Part shown: positions 1-15,369 of the stretch, piece by piece
Layout of the letters: each line of letters begins with the position of its first letter
Position numbering within the stretch: position 1 is the first letter of the stretch
Assembly (NCBI GenBank): GCA_009914755.4
Contig: CP086569.2
Location: 19,808,001-19,872,000, forward strand
Direction of reading: 5' to 3'
Length of the DNA stretch: 64,000 nucleotides
Source of the DNA: the human T2T-CHM13v2.0 reference genome, Homo sapiens
Notes under the pieces: model-generated
The model's database searches: none
What the model was told of the DNA's origin: nothing
The model's input: the letters and a program-made list of their open reading frames with translations, nothing else
Position numbers and translations under genes: made by a program

Positions 1-399
1 TCATTGAAAGTGGGATGTTTGAGCAAAGATTTAGGAAGAGGTGAGAAAGTTCAGTAAGGTTCTATTTGAGAGGGATGGTAATATTTCAGGAAAAAGAATT
101 AATAGCTAAGGCAAAGCCCAGATAGAAAAGCCTTACAGGGATATTTGAACAGAAACCTGGGGGCCAGTGTGGCTAAGAGGAGAGAAGTTCATAGATGAAA
201 GGGGGCAGGAGTATCAGACCTATGGTGCTGCTGAGCACTTAGGTTTTTATTCTAAAGGCTATATGAGTTATTGTGGCATTCTGAGAAAGGAATGATGCAT
301 ACAACCTCATGTTTTCTGAAAGATAAGCCTGACTGCTGTGTTGAGACAAGGACACGGCACACGAGAAGCAGATAGGTCTGTTAAGAGGTTGTTGAGTTA

Positions 400-430
400 A
401 ACAAAACAAAACAAAACAAAACAAAAACTG
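400..430. repeat. (AAAAC)n microsatellite
   Basis: aaacaaaacaaaacaaaacaaaac read directly. Confidence 0.8.
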
Positions 431-534
431 GGAAATGATGGATGGGTCTGCCAAGGTAGACCAACAGAAGTGCCTTTAGTGTGTGGAGCACACAATGCCA
501 TGAGCAAAAGAGAGAAATTAACAAAGAGAGGAAA

Positions 535-866
535 GGCTGGCACGGTGGCTCACTCCTGTAATCCCAGCACTTTGGGAAGCTGAGGAGGGCGGATCACTTG
601 AGGTCAGGAGTAAGAGAACATCCTGGCCAACATGGCAAAACCTAGTCTCTTCTAAACCTAGTGTCTATGATTTTTAGTCTACTAAAACTACAGAATTACT
701 TGGGCATGGTAGTGTGTGCCTGTAGTACTTGGGATGCTGAGGCAGGACAGTTGCTTGAACCCAGAACGCAGAGGTTGCAGTGAGCCAAGATAGCGCCGTT
801 GTACTCCAGCCCAGGTGACAGAGTGAGACTCTGTCTCAAAAGCAAAAAAACACCAACAAAAATAAA
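535..866 (+). mobile_element. Alu SINE (with small internal duplication in the middle A-rich/linker region)
   Basis: ggctggcacggtggctcactcctgtaatcccagcactttgggaagctgagg ... gagactctgtctcaaaagcaaaaaaa; dimeric Alu consensus with 3' A-rich tail. Confidence 0.9.
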
Positions 867-2399
867 GGAATGAACACAGACGCCAAAGATTTTGTCTGAG
901 CAACTGAAACAATGGAATGAGGAAGGAAGTAAATTGAGCAGGGCTGTAGGTGAGTTAGAGTATGATTTTTGACCTGTTGAGGGTAGGATGTACAAGAGAC
1001 CAGGAAATGGAGATTTTAAGGAGACAGTTGGGTGCAGAGCCTGGGATCAGAAGAGAATTCTAAGCTGGAATTGTAAGTGTGGGGAAAATAAACTATGCCA
1101 ATGTGATTTAAAGTCATGATAGTTGGTGAGATCCCTAAGGACAGGAACATAGTAAAGAAGAGGAGCAGTACTGACTTAGAGAACTCAAGCATGAACGGGT
1201 CCAGTGAACAGGAAAGGCCAAGACAAGGGGATAAAAGAAAGCAAACATGAAGAAGAACAGAAGTCAAGGTTAGGAAATCCTGACGAACACAAGGGTGTTG
1301 CTGTAGGGAATAAATATACATCGAGTTCTAATTGACCAGGTAAGATAATAAGCATTGAACAGTGGACTTAGCAACACAGCACTAATTGCCAACATCTGGG
1401 AAATGTCATTGGAAGATGGTTTCTCATTTTCCCTTCTCTAAGATTCCAGGATTTTATTTATTTATTTATTTGATTAAACTCCAGGGAGGGGGAAAAAGAA
1501 AAAAAAAGAGAAATAGGAAAACAATAAAAGGGAAGACGAGAAAAGGAACAAGGTCAGAATCAGAAGAATGTAATATTTGTTCCATTCCTTGATAAATCTG
1601 GCCAAGTAGAGGAGTATGTTAGCACTCACTAAGTACTTACTGAATCAATACAAAAAAGACAAATTTGATAATGGTAATAAACGTAAGGTATGGTGAGGTA
1701 GAGAATTTTGTTCCTGAAGTTTCAGTCATGTGTAATAAAAAAGTATTCCAACATTTATGATTGCAGTCATGAAAAGAATGTATTCTGAGATTTATGTTCG
1801 CAGTTGTGAAATAAGTTTCAGCACGTATACCTGAAGGTCAAAAGGCATTTGTAAGTCTGTTGAATGCATTTAAATTTGATTTTAATCCTTTGTCTCAGAT
1901 GAATGCAAAAAGAGAGCTTTTAAATGTAGTACATTAAAGGGGAATGGACTTATCTTTTCCTCTTGCTACACCTAAAGGAACAGATTGCAGCTCCTGGTGG
2001 TAGACAAATAGTGCTCTTGAGAAATGCTGCCTGCAGATTTAAGAACATTAAGACAAAGGTAATATGGCAATAATACCAGTTACAACAAGGTGTCTAGTAA
2101 ATTTTGCACTCACATTGTGACTAAAGATTTCCAGTCTCATGTTAAAATATGCATGGACATTCACTAAGGAGCAGAGAGGTCATAAATTATTCGTATTATT
2201 GCACAGGAGTAAATGTGCCTAACAGATGGAAAACTAAGTACCAAAAGATTAAGGATACAAAGCCACACAGCAGGAAAGCAAGTGTCAGGACTAAAATTGA
2301 GGTCTCCTTACTGCCCCTTCACCTGCAGCTTGCTACAACTTTATTTTTATAGCTAAACTAGGCTGCAGAGGACATGAATGAGTGAAAACATTTATCATA

Positions 2400-2810
2400 T
2401 AGCATTCCAAAAGGAAAATGTTCTCTCCTTGAAGGGAAGAAAGGAAGAAAGGTAAAAGGGGATGGAGGAAGGTACAAAAAAGAAAGAGAAAGGGAAGCAA
2501 GGAAAGAGAAAGAAAAGAAGGGGGGGGAGAAGAAATAGAGAGAGGAAGGAAGAGAAGATTCAAGGTTTCAAAAATTCAAAGATCCAGAATTCAAGCCTCT
2601 GACATTAAATATGTTAAATCATAGTAATAATTGTCACCTCACTGTGCTACTTTTGATGAATGGAGGGAGGGAGGAGAATTAAAGAGAGGTAAGGGGGAGA
2701 AGGAAGTCAAAGAATAAAAAAGGGTGAGAGAAAAGGAAAAAAGAGAGAGAGGGAAGGAAGGAAAAAAGGAAGGAAGTAAGGGAGGGGGGGAAAGACCAGC
2801 CACCCCACAA
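2400..2810. repeat. purine-rich (GA/GGAA-rich) low-complexity tracts flanking a 75-bp unique segment
   Basis: gaagggaagaaaggaagaaagg..., gagggagggaggagaattaaagagagg... Confidence 0.7.
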
Positions 2811-2924
2811 TGACTTCTGAGTAATTATTAAAGTCTTCAAAATATTGATATAATAGAAAAAAATATGAATTCCAAATTTGTTATAAATGTAAATGTTAGC
2901 GACAATAGAAACAACAACACTTTT

Positions 2925-3068
2925 GGCTGAAAGTGATCCCTAACTAGAGAAGGCAATCTGCCATGGAGACTCGCTGCCAGCTTCCAGCCTCCAGAGCTGT
3001 GAGCAATAAATGTCTGTTGTTTAAGCCACCCTATCTGTTTAGTTGGCAGCCTGTACTAAGACAAGACT
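2925..3068 (+). mobile_element. MaLR (MST-like) LTR 3'-end fragment
   Basis: cttccagcctccagagctgtgagcaataaatgtctgttgtttaagccaccctatctgtttagttggcagcctgtactaagaca matches the characteristic MST/MLT LTR terminus (…ccagcctccagaactgtgagaaataaatttctgttgtttaagccacccagtctatggtattttgttatagcagcc…actaagaca). Confidence 0.5.
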
Positions 3069-3559
3069 TCAAAAGGAAAGAGAGATATAATTTTTGGAAA
3101 GGATGAATTATAATTATGTTTTTAAAGATGATATAATTAAATACATAGACAATTCAGGACAATCAAATTAACACATGAGAATTAATAAATCTAAAGCCAT
3201 TTCTAAGCATTAGCAATGATTAAAAGATAAGATGGAGAAAATGAATCTACTCAAAGAAACTTTAACAATTTTATAAGGAAAAATATCAAATCTAACTAGC
3301 ATAAATAAAGAGGCAAATTATATGCGCTGTTTATGACTGGATACTACAGAAAAAGGGAACAGGGAAAAGGGGAGAAAATGGAAATTTTCTACCATGTTCA
3401 TACAGAGCTTTAATGAAGATCAAACACATTTCCAATTACATTTACTTTGTGACTTGGCACAGTCTATTGTGAAAAATGAAAATATGTAATATATAATATT
3501 CGATAGGTATTATAAATGTAATATGCATTTAATATAAGTGTGATGTGTTTGAGAATACA

Positions 3560-3845
3560 CTACCAAATATCCTGAGTATTACCTTTCAAAATAGGCTATA
3601 TGCATTTTTAATTGGAAAAAAATCTACCAGATAATTTATATATTAGAGTGGACCTAGGATTCAAATTCACATGTAATATGCATGTAATGTAATAAATGCA
3701 ATGTATTTGATAATAATTATCAAATGTAATATATATTACATTTCAAAATAGGTAATATGTATTTTTAGAAGGAATAAAGTCTACCAAATAATTCTTGTAT
3801 TATAGTGGACTTAGGATTCACATTCAGAGCACAGAAAGGAAGAGA
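3560..3845. repeat. ~160-bp tandem duplication (2 copies), minisatellite-like
   Basis: ttcaaaataggctatatgcatttttaattggaaaaaaatctaccagataatttatatattagagtggacctaggattcaaattcacatg ~ ttcaaaataggtaatatgtatttttagaaggaataaagtctaccaaataattcttgtattatagtggacttaggattcacattcagag. Confidence 0.6.
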
Positions 3846-4738
3846 TAATTTTGAAGCTACCCCTACTGTATTACAGTAAATTACAGATGAATTTACTTTA
3901 AATAGATTGCTAAAGTAATGCTGTTTTGTGAAATTAACTTCTTGTAATAAGTAGAGCTATAGCCATCATTTCCAAATGAGTTATAGGGTGAAATTGAAAG
4001 AGTGCACTCAGAAGAAAAAAACAAGAGGAGGTTCTCAGTCATGGATGGTGTCCTTGGAGGCCAGACAGATATACACCCACACAATCTTCATCATGGCCAT
4101 ACACAGCCAGTAGCAAACAAAGAGAGGCAGAGTGGTATGGTGGAGAGACATTCTGGAATGAGCAGGCTGGGTATAGATTCCAGGATTCAAGCCTCTGACA
4201 TTAAATCTGTTAAATCATGGTAATAATTGTCACCTCACTGTGCTACTTGTGATGAACTTTCAAGAACTAATATTTGCAAGGAAAGTGGGGTGTATGATGT
4301 CAAAAGGCCTTGTTCTAGTTGGAGTAACCTCCCTTTGACACAAATATCTCTAATAAATCAGACAGAATTCACTAAGCAGAACTAATATTTGCAAGGTCCT
4401 CAAAAGCAGTTACTTAAACGTGAAGAATATGATAAAATGTTCTTAGATGAACCCCCAATAGAGTGTATCAATGGGCTTCGTGGTGTTTTTCTAGCAGACC
4501 CAGCGGGAATATTCTTGGCAGCTGGGAGTTTTCATGCAGATGGAATGTCAAGGGATTCACGATGAAAAATGCTGCAATATCCTACTTTGTAACATTGACT
4601 GTGGATGCTAAACTGCATCCCTTATCTATATTAATAGAGTGTTGTATTATTTTTCTACATTTACAGATATCTTTCAATCAGATGCTCTTGTCCTTGTGCA
4701 AACTAAATGAAAGAACATCAAAATGAAATATACAATAG

Positions 4739-5236
<498 letters not shown>

Positions 5237-5458
5237 TTATGAAAAGTGGATAAATGCAATTTCAGTTGACCACTGTGGACATGATGGTGCAAAGTGTCAT
5301 ATTATTGCATATTCTTTCTTGTCATTTTGATGCATTCTCTTGACTTATTATTATATTTTTTAGGAAATAGCAATAAGGCCCTGTTTAGGTGATAAAAATT
5401 AATCAAGTCCAGTCTAATTACAAAAATCAAAACTCTTAACAATTTTTCACTTGCCCTA

Positions 5459-5530
5459 TGCTATAGTTTGAATATTTGTCCCCTCGAAAACTCATGTTGA
5501 AACGTAACCCCCAATGAAACAAAATGTGTT
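5459..5530 (+). mobile_element. MaLR (MST-like) LTR 5'-end fragment
   Basis: tgctatagtttgaatatttgtcccctcgaaaactcatgttgaaacgtaacccccaatg resembles MST start (tgctatggtttgaatgtgtcccctccaaaactcatgttgaaa…aatccccaatg). Confidence 0.45.
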
Positions 5531-5640
5531 TCCATATTTTTGCTATTGTAAATAGTGCTGTGGTGAACATACATGTGCATGTATCTTTATAATGGAATGA
5601 TTTATATTCCTTTGGGTATCAATAGCCAAATTGACCACAT
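5530..5640 (-). mobile_element. L1 fragment (antisense)
   Basis: tttgctattgtaaatagtgctgtggtgaacatacatgtgcatgtatctttataatggaatgatttatattcctttgggtat matches antisense of L1 3'-region. Confidence 0.5.
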
Positions 5641-6177
5641 GATGCAGTTTCAATAATCTATCTTTTTGGGTGCCAAGATTTGTACAGAAACCCTCCCTGT
5701 TCTGCACTGGGAGCTGATAACCATGGACTAGAGGTCACTTACAGAGTTTTCAGCTGTGTCTCATCTATCTCAGCCTTGAGGAGGCATATATGAAGCTCCC
5801 TGATTTGATCTCATAACAAGGGAAATGTTACCAAAACACCACGGGTTTGGTTTAGATCTTGTTGCACCAGAAAGAAAGCCAATCACTGAGACAAGTATTA
5901 CCAAGGAAGGCTTTTATGGGTGCTTCAGCCAAGGAGACAGGAGATAAATGTCAAATCCGTCACTGCAACCAAGTCAAACTAGTGGTTTATGTGGTAGGGA
6001 AGGAATCTACAGGAATTGGGGGAGGGCAGTAAAGAAAAGGAGTTTCAGTTCCTTGATACTACATGGGAGGCCTGAGGGTCAGTTTCCTGAGAGAAGAACT
6101 CAGATTAAACCAATGTGGGTTTCAAGCTCTGAGAAAGAAAGACACTATTTCTATGTTGATTCAAAATAATGATAATA

Positions 6178-6465
6178 GGCTGGGCATGGTGCCTCATGCC
6201 TGTAATACCAATATTTTGGGGGGCTGAGATGGGTGGACCACCTGAGGTCAGGAGTTCAAGACCAGCCTAGTCAACATGGTGAAACCTTGTCTCTACTGAA
6301 AATTAAAATAATTAGCCGGGAGTGGTGATGTGAGTGTGTAATCCCAGCTACTCAGTAGTCTAAGGCAGGGTAATCACTTGAAACTGGGAGTCAGGTTGCA
6401 GTGAGCCAAGACTGTGCCACTGTACTTCAGCCTGGGTGACAGAGTAACACTCTGTCTCAAAATAG
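6178..6465 (+). mobile_element. Alu SINE
   Basis: ggctgggcatggtgcctcatgcctgtaat ... cagcctgggtgacagagtaacactctgtctcaaaa. Confidence 0.9.
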
Positions 6466-6655
6466 ATAAATGAATAATTAAAATTAAAAATTAAAAATAT
6501 TAAAAACAAAATTTAAATTTAAATATTTAAAAATGTAAAAAATAGAAAGCAAAAATAAAAAATAAATACAAATAAAAATTAAAACAAAAACAATAAAATG
6601 AAAACAAATAAAAATTAATAAAATTAAAATGCATAAACATAAAAAATAATAAACA
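6466..6655. repeat. A-rich low-complexity expansion of Alu tail
   Basis: aattaaaaattaaaaatattaaaaacaaaatttaaa... ~190 bp. Confidence 0.8.
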
Positions 6656-8174
6656 TCAGTTCTATGGTGAAATTGGGCTGGTTTCAGCAAGAGGAGATGC
6701 TGAATAGAAAGATAATGGTAGGTAAGTAAGGTACTATTCACTTAATTTGTAGTGAAGAAAACATTCTCTTCATCTCTCAATTCTTCATGCTAGATGCTTG
6801 GGTCCTAACAGAAAATATATACTCCCTCCAAGGAATTCCTCATGATTGGCCTTGGACACTTCTCCATAGATACTTGACCTCCTCTCATTTAGCTTGGTGG
6901 TTATCTAATTTTCTAATACTGGAATAAGCAGTTTCACACTCCCACAGCATGTCTACCTTGGCAAAGATAAGGTAGAGTAGTTTCCACTTACTGTGTCGTC
7001 CTCAGGAAAAAATAAAGTAGTGCATCATGAATAGTTGTCATTAAAAAAATGAGGCAGTAGAAAAAGTTGTCTTCAATGTCATATCAAAACACATAAATTT
7101 TGTTTTCTTTGTATGCAAACATCTTCTCTAAGATTTTAGGAAAAGAATACTGAAAACTTCCACAAAAAATGGGTAAAGTCTAGAAATAAGTAATAAATAG
7201 AGAGATCAAGTGTGCATGATATATAAGAAATATGTGACATAATTAATCATCAAAAATGCCAAAGAAAATAAAAATAAGATGAGGTGAATTTCATAGCACA
7301 ACAGGGTTACTACAGTCAATAATAATTTAATTGTACCTTTAAAAATAACTAAAAGGTGTAATTGGATTGTTGGTACTTCAAAGGATAAGTGCTGGACAGG
7401 ATGGATACCTCATATACCCTGATATGATTAGTACACATTGCATGCCTGTATCAAAATATCACATATACTCCATAAATATATCCACCTACAATGTATCCAC
7501 AAAAAAATAAAACAGGTGAAACAAAATTACAATGCACCTTGCTCACAATAGCAACAGAGATTGAAGAAAATGGTTGAGAGTATAATCAAAGGTAAATTCA
7601 AGAAAACTAAATGAGTTTAAAAAGAGCCTATTGATAAGATAATTGAAAAGATGTTTAAACGAGTTCCAATAGATCAAGAACAACTTTTTGTCTTTTCAAA
7701 ACAGAATACCAAGTGGAACAGAAAATATATTTCAAAGAGATAGTAATGGATAGACATAAAAGCAAAACGATCTCCCAGGAAATGTGTATCCACACCTATA
7801 ATCACTAAGATGCAATAAAATAAAGCTAACACAAAAATTCATGATATTTGGGTGACACACGGAATCTGGAGGTGGGAAAACTCAGATTTTTTTTTTTTTC
7901 TATAGCAGCATTGAAAACGGCAAGAAATGAGAAGATAGTTATAAAATCTCTAGGAAAAAAACATAGAGCCCGATAATCTTGTACCCTAATTGTCAGTCAC
8001 TGTTAAGCTATCTATTTAAATGCAATAAATTCAAAATTTGATATACCTGGGTCTACACACACACATTTTTAAAAAGTACAAGAGAGTGTTCTTACCTAAA
8101 TTAATGTTGGAGAGTAGTTCTGGCAAAAGAGGTCATGGGAAACACTGAACCAACTTAAAGGTACTATTAAGAGT

Positions 8175-8922
8175 GTGCAGGTCTTATTTCTGGGTTCTCT
8201 ATTCTGTTTCATTGATGTGTATGTCTGTTTTTGTACCAGTACCATGTTGCTTCTGTTATGGTACCCTTGTAGTATAGTGTGAATTTAAGTAGTGTGATGT
8301 CTACAGCTTAGTTCTTTTTGCTTAAGATTGTTGTGCGTATTTCGGCTCTTTTTGATTCCATACAAATTTTAAAATATTTTTCTCTAGTTCTGAGTAAAAT
8401 GTCCATGGTAGTTTCATAGCGATAGCATTGAATTTATAAATTGCTTTGGGCAGTATGACCATTTTAATGGTATTGAATCTTCCAACCTATTCATGAACAT
8501 GGAATGTTTTTCTGTTTGTTTGAGTCATCTCTGACTGGGTTGAGCAGTGGTTTGTAGCTCTCCAAGAGAGATCTTTCACCATCTGAGTTAGCTGTATTCA
8601 AAGTTATTTGATTCTTTTTGTGGTAATTGCAAATGGAAGTTTGTTCCTGATTGGGCTCTTGTCTTGACTTTTGTTGATGTATAGGAATGCTAGTGATTCT
8701 TACACACTGATTTTGGGACTTGAGACTTCACTGACATTGTTTATCAGCTTAAGAAGCTTTTTGTCTAAGATTATGGGGTTTTCTAGATGTAAGATTATGT
8801 TGTCTGCAAACACAGATAGTTTGACTTCCTCTCTTGCTATTTGGATGCCCTCTTTCTCTTACCTGATTGCCTTAGCCAGGAATACCAATACTATGTTGAA
8901 TTGGAGTGTGAAAGATTCCCTA
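8175..8922 (-). mobile_element. L1 ORF2 (RT-region) segment, antisense orientation
   Basis: gtcttatttctgggttctctattctgtttcattgatg...ttcatgaacatggaatgtttttctgtttgtttgagtcatctc...gagcagtggtttgtagctctccaagagagatctttcacc...gcttaagaagctttttgtctaagattatggggttttctagatgtaagattatgttgtctgcaaacacagatagtttgacttcctc = reverse complement of L1 ORF2 sequence. Confidence 0.8.
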
Positions 8923-8930
8923 TTCGATAG

Positions 8931-10160
8931 ATAGTGGTGGGATAACTGGCTAGCCATAGGCAGAAAATTGAAAAGGGACCCCTTGTTTACATCACATACA
9001 AAAATTAAATTAAGATGGATTAAAGACTTACAAGTAGAATCCAAAACTATAAAAGCCCTGGAAGACAACTTAGGCTATACCATTCAAGACACAGACAAGG
9101 CAAAGATTTCATGATGTTGACACAAAAAGGAATTGCAACAAAAGCCAACATTGACAAATGGGATCTAATTAAACTAAAGAGCTTTTGCACACCGAAATAA
9201 ATTATCATTGGCATAAACAGGCAACTTACAGAATGGGAGAAAAATTGTGCAAACGATGCATCTGACAAAGGTGTAATATCCAGCCTCTATAATGAAAGTA
9301 AGCAAATTTACAAGACAAACAACTCCATAAAAAAGTGACCAAAGAACATGAACAGACACTTTTTAAAAGAAGACATATATGTGTCCAACAACCATATGAA
9401 TAAAAGCTCAGCATCCCTGATCATTAAAGAAATGCAAATCAAAACCATGAGATACCATCTCACATCAGTCAGAATGGCTATTATTAAAAAGTCAAAAAAT
9501 AACAGATACTGCCAAGGTTTTAGAGAAAAAGAAACACCTATACACTGTTGGTGAGAGAGTAGATTAGTTCAGCCATTGTGGAAGACAGTGCTGTGATTCC
9601 TCAAAGATCTAAAGACAGAAATACCATTCAACCCAGCAATCCCATTACTGGGTATATACCCAAATGAATATAAATCATTCTATTATAAAGACACATGCCT
9701 ATGTATGGTCATTGCAGCACTATTCACAATACCAAAGACATAGAATAAACCTAAATGCCTATCAATGATAGACTGGATAAAGAAAATGTGGTACATATAT
9801 GCCATGTAATTCTATGGCGCTATAAAAATAATGAGATCATGTCATTTCAGGGATATAGGTGGAGCTGGAGGCCATCATCCTTAGCAAACTAATGCAGGGA
9901 CAGAAAACCAAATACCCCATGTTCTCACTTATAAGTGGGAGCTGAATGATGAGAAAACATGGATACATAGAGGTGAACAACACTCAGCAGGGACTTTTGA
10001 AGAATAGAGGGTGGGAAAAGGGAAAGGATCAGAAAAAATAACTACTGCATACTAGGCTTAATACTCGGTGTTGAAATAATCTGTACAGCAAACCCCCACA
10101 ATGCAAGTTTACCTTTGTAACAAACGTGTACTTCTACCCCTGAACTTAAAAAAAAGTCAA
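8931..10160 (+). mobile_element. L1 3' end (ORF2 C-terminus + 3'UTR), sense orientation, poly(A) at ~10146
   Basis: ggtgggataactggctagccataggcagaaaattgaaaagggacccc...aaaattgacaaatgggatctaattaaactaaagagcttttgcacac...gggatagcatt-type 3'UTR ... caaacgtgtacttctacccctgaacttaaaaaaaa. Confidence 0.85.
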
Positions 10161-10333
10161 AAAACAAAAATAAAAATACCAAAGTAAACTAATTCTAAAT
10201 GATTAACGTGGAAGAAAATCCTAAAATCTTAGGGCTGCAAAGGTGAAACAAAAAGGAATTAGATGAGGCACAATATATGCTGACTGATTCATTCTTTTTT
10301 CCAAGCAAGCACTCAAAAATCTTGTTTTATCTT

Positions 10334-10358
10334 GTACACACACACACACACACACACA
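10334..10358. repeat. (CA)n microsatellite followed by short (CT)n
   Basis: cacacacacacacacacacacata ... ctctttctctctctc. Confidence 0.9.
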
Positions 10359-13230
10359 TACACTCGTGCTCTTTCTCTCTCTCAAGAAATATAAAGGAGA
10401 AATAAAGGCAAATTTTACTGAACAAAATCAGGTGATAAACAGAAGTGGACAAATAATCATAAATATATCAAGCTAACTATAGTCATCAATTGTATTAAAT
10501 AAATTCTTTAATAGAGGAATGCAAGACTGTCAAAAATAGTGAAAGATCTGAGATATCACCCTCATTGCAAACAGACAATTTACTCTAGCATGTTTCCATA
10601 AATGCTGATGGTAGACATGAGGTTCTGGAATCAGAGACAAAAGATATTATTACTCATGCACAGCAGGCAACATGAGCTTCCCATGTGTGTGAGTTCTCCC
10701 TGCATTCTTGCTGTCATTCTCTCTGTGATTTCTCCCTGTCATTCTGTAGAGATGACTTGGAGTATGTAGGTAAATACTGCTCATGCGGTAAGTTTGCATT
10801 ACAGCTGAGGAACTTGAAGCTTAAGATATTTCCCTCTTTCGTGAGAGACTGCAAGCAAAATCGCCTACCACTTTCCTCTGGATGAGATGTTATCTTTATG
10901 ATACTGAACACTTCTCCCCAGTAGATAGTCTTCCAACTGTGTTGGGAGATTCTTCCAACTATTTTGTTGTATTTCAAACATCTCTGAAAAACATTCAGAA
11001 TAAAAGTTGTTGGTTCTCCTCAGGCAAGAATTCTATCTCACGAGAGACAGTGTTTACTACTAAAGCCACTTTGACTTGATTGTTTTAGACAAACTACCTG
11101 AGATGAAAGCAATTTTTAAAAATCATACAAAGTTAGGAAGAAATAACACATTAGCAATATTTGCAGTTAATAGGAATGCAAAACTGAGGAAAATATTGAA
11201 TTGAACTTCTTCCTTAGACAATGGTGTTATGCAGGAATTCCGCAGGATAAATAAATGAATACATAAAAATTAAAAGCAAATTATACACACAAGCACACAC
11301 ACAATTTAGAAAAAAAAAGAAATAAACTACTGCAGCAAATATAAACTAAGGATGGAATTATAATTGTCCTAGGATCTCAGGAGTGAACTTATTGGAGAAC
11401 ACACAAAAACTTTATAAAGAATACAGTTGAGGGTTCACTTAGGCACAGATTTTTTTTTCAACCGATTGCAGATTAAAAATACATTATTCATGAGATAGGA
11501 AACCTGAGTGTACTGAGGTCCAATTTACATGTGTTCTGCAGGGCATGTTTTGGGACTTGAGTATGCATGATACTGGTGTAAGCAGGAGTCCTGGAGTCTA
11601 TCTCTTTCATATTCTGAGGGTGATTATAATTCCAGTGCTACAAAGGAGGATACAGTCTACGTGGATTAAGAGAAACAAGCACTATCTTCTTGCCCAAGTT
11701 ATCAATATTAGATATCAATTATCTCCAAGTTAAACTATAAGTGAATTCAATTCTACTTTTAAGATATCACTTTTTAGAAGGAAAAAAGTCAGATGTAGTA
11801 ACTATTTTACAGAAAACTAAACTGGGGAGAATAGAATATTCTAAAGCAAATGGGTAATGCATGGAATTTTTCCTACCATATAATTTATGCTAGTGCTTTA
11901 TTTATACCTTAGACAAATATGCAGCTCAGAGCAGAAACTGGGGACTCCAAATGCCTTTGTACAACTCTTGCAATATCTCTTACTAGACTCAAGACATACA
12001 GCAAATTCCTTAGCATCATTTTGTGTTTTCTCACCTTTTCAATTGTGACACTAAATCACTAATATTGTCAGTCTTTGTATAAATAGAAGAGGATTCATAT
12101 GCAAAAGAAGGTAGTTAAAATATTGTCCTGTATGTAGTATGCATATAGCCACGAATGTGTAGGGGGTACCTAAATGTTAGCCATGGTGACATTATTGTTG
12201 GCATAATTGGAAACTGAGTAATGAGTTGGGATTAGTATATGAAGAGTTGAATAAATACTTGGAACAAATTAGTGCATCCAGGAACAGATCCCAAAATATA
12301 AAACAAGTTAGTATATGATGTAGGCGTCCATCGAATTTGAAAATTTGTAATTGCAAGTTTCCACCTTGAGGAATTCATTTCCTCTGGATTAAATATTTCA
12401 AGGTTAAAAGAAGCAGCAGAAAAAAGCTTGAAATTACTTTGCTTAAATGATCTCAGAGTGGTAAATATGATTTTAGCACTGAAATCACCTATTGTTAAAA
12501 GGTTGATATGTTGGGCTACATTTTAGTAGATTGCAAGTACTATCAATAAAAACAAAGTATACATGAAAACATTAAATATTAATGTATTTAATGTATAAAA
12601 TGAATATAATATATATTTTAATATACAAATATATAAAGAATATAGAAAAAAGATAATATACATTAATCCGTTATTCACAAAAATACTATTTAATTTATAA
12701 AAAAGCTATTACTCATCACATTAGGAGAAAGGTCAATTAAAATTTAAACATTCACTTTCTGGATTGGAAAAGAGGATGTTTCGTAACACACAGCAAATTA
12801 ATGAGTGGATGGAGAAACTCTCTCATAAATAGGTGATGAAAATATAGACCATTGTAACATCACTGAGGAATTTTGCCATACCTATCATGATGAAAAATGC
12901 ACATATAGTTTGATTCAGGAGTTTCAGTTTTAGGAATAGGTTTAATCAGGAATGTGTAACATATTAGCATCTGGCTTTTCTCAGGGTGGTTCCTAGAAGC
13001 TCCACCCACCACCTTCCACTCATGTCTCATTGGTTAGGAAGAGGTCTAGATGGGCATGCTACTTTCTGGGAATTCTGACCAGGTAAATATTTTTATCTGG
13101 ACACACTGCCTTTCTAAGCAAAATTGCTATTACATAATGATTTATTTTTATTTTCAATTTTATTGGGAAGCCTCCAAAACCAGAAAAGTTGCAGAGAGAA
13201 TCTCCATAGTGGTTTCTTATATAGATATGT

Positions 13231-13435
13231 AAAAAGATTAAACAGCAAGATAGTAGACATTGTACAAATGAGTGTGTGTGTGTATATGCATTTGTGTACA
13301 TATGTGGTGTTTTCTTGTGTGTTGTTTAAAAGGACAAAAAGATTAAACAGAAAGATAGTGAACATGTACAAATAAATGTTTGTATTTGTATTTGTGTATG
13401 TGTTTGTGTGTGTGTGTATGTATATTTTGGAAGTA
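13231..13435. repeat. ~103-bp tandem duplication (2 copies) ending in (TG)n-rich tract
   Basis: aaaaagattaaacagcaagatagtagacattgtacaaatgagtgtgtgtgtgtatatgcatttgtgtacatatgtg / acaaaaagattaaacagaaagatagtgaacatgtacaaataaatgtttgtatttgtatttgtgtatgtgtttgtgtgtgtg. Confidence 0.7.
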
Positions 13436-13569
13436 CAAAAAACTTGGTAATAATATTTTACTCTCATGAATAAGAGTGGAAGAAGCATATTTCATTTTAT
13501 ATATTGAATTTCATTGAAATTTTTACCATGTATTTATCATCTTTTAAAAATATACTCTTAAGAATATTA

Positions 13570-15369
<1,800 letters not shown>

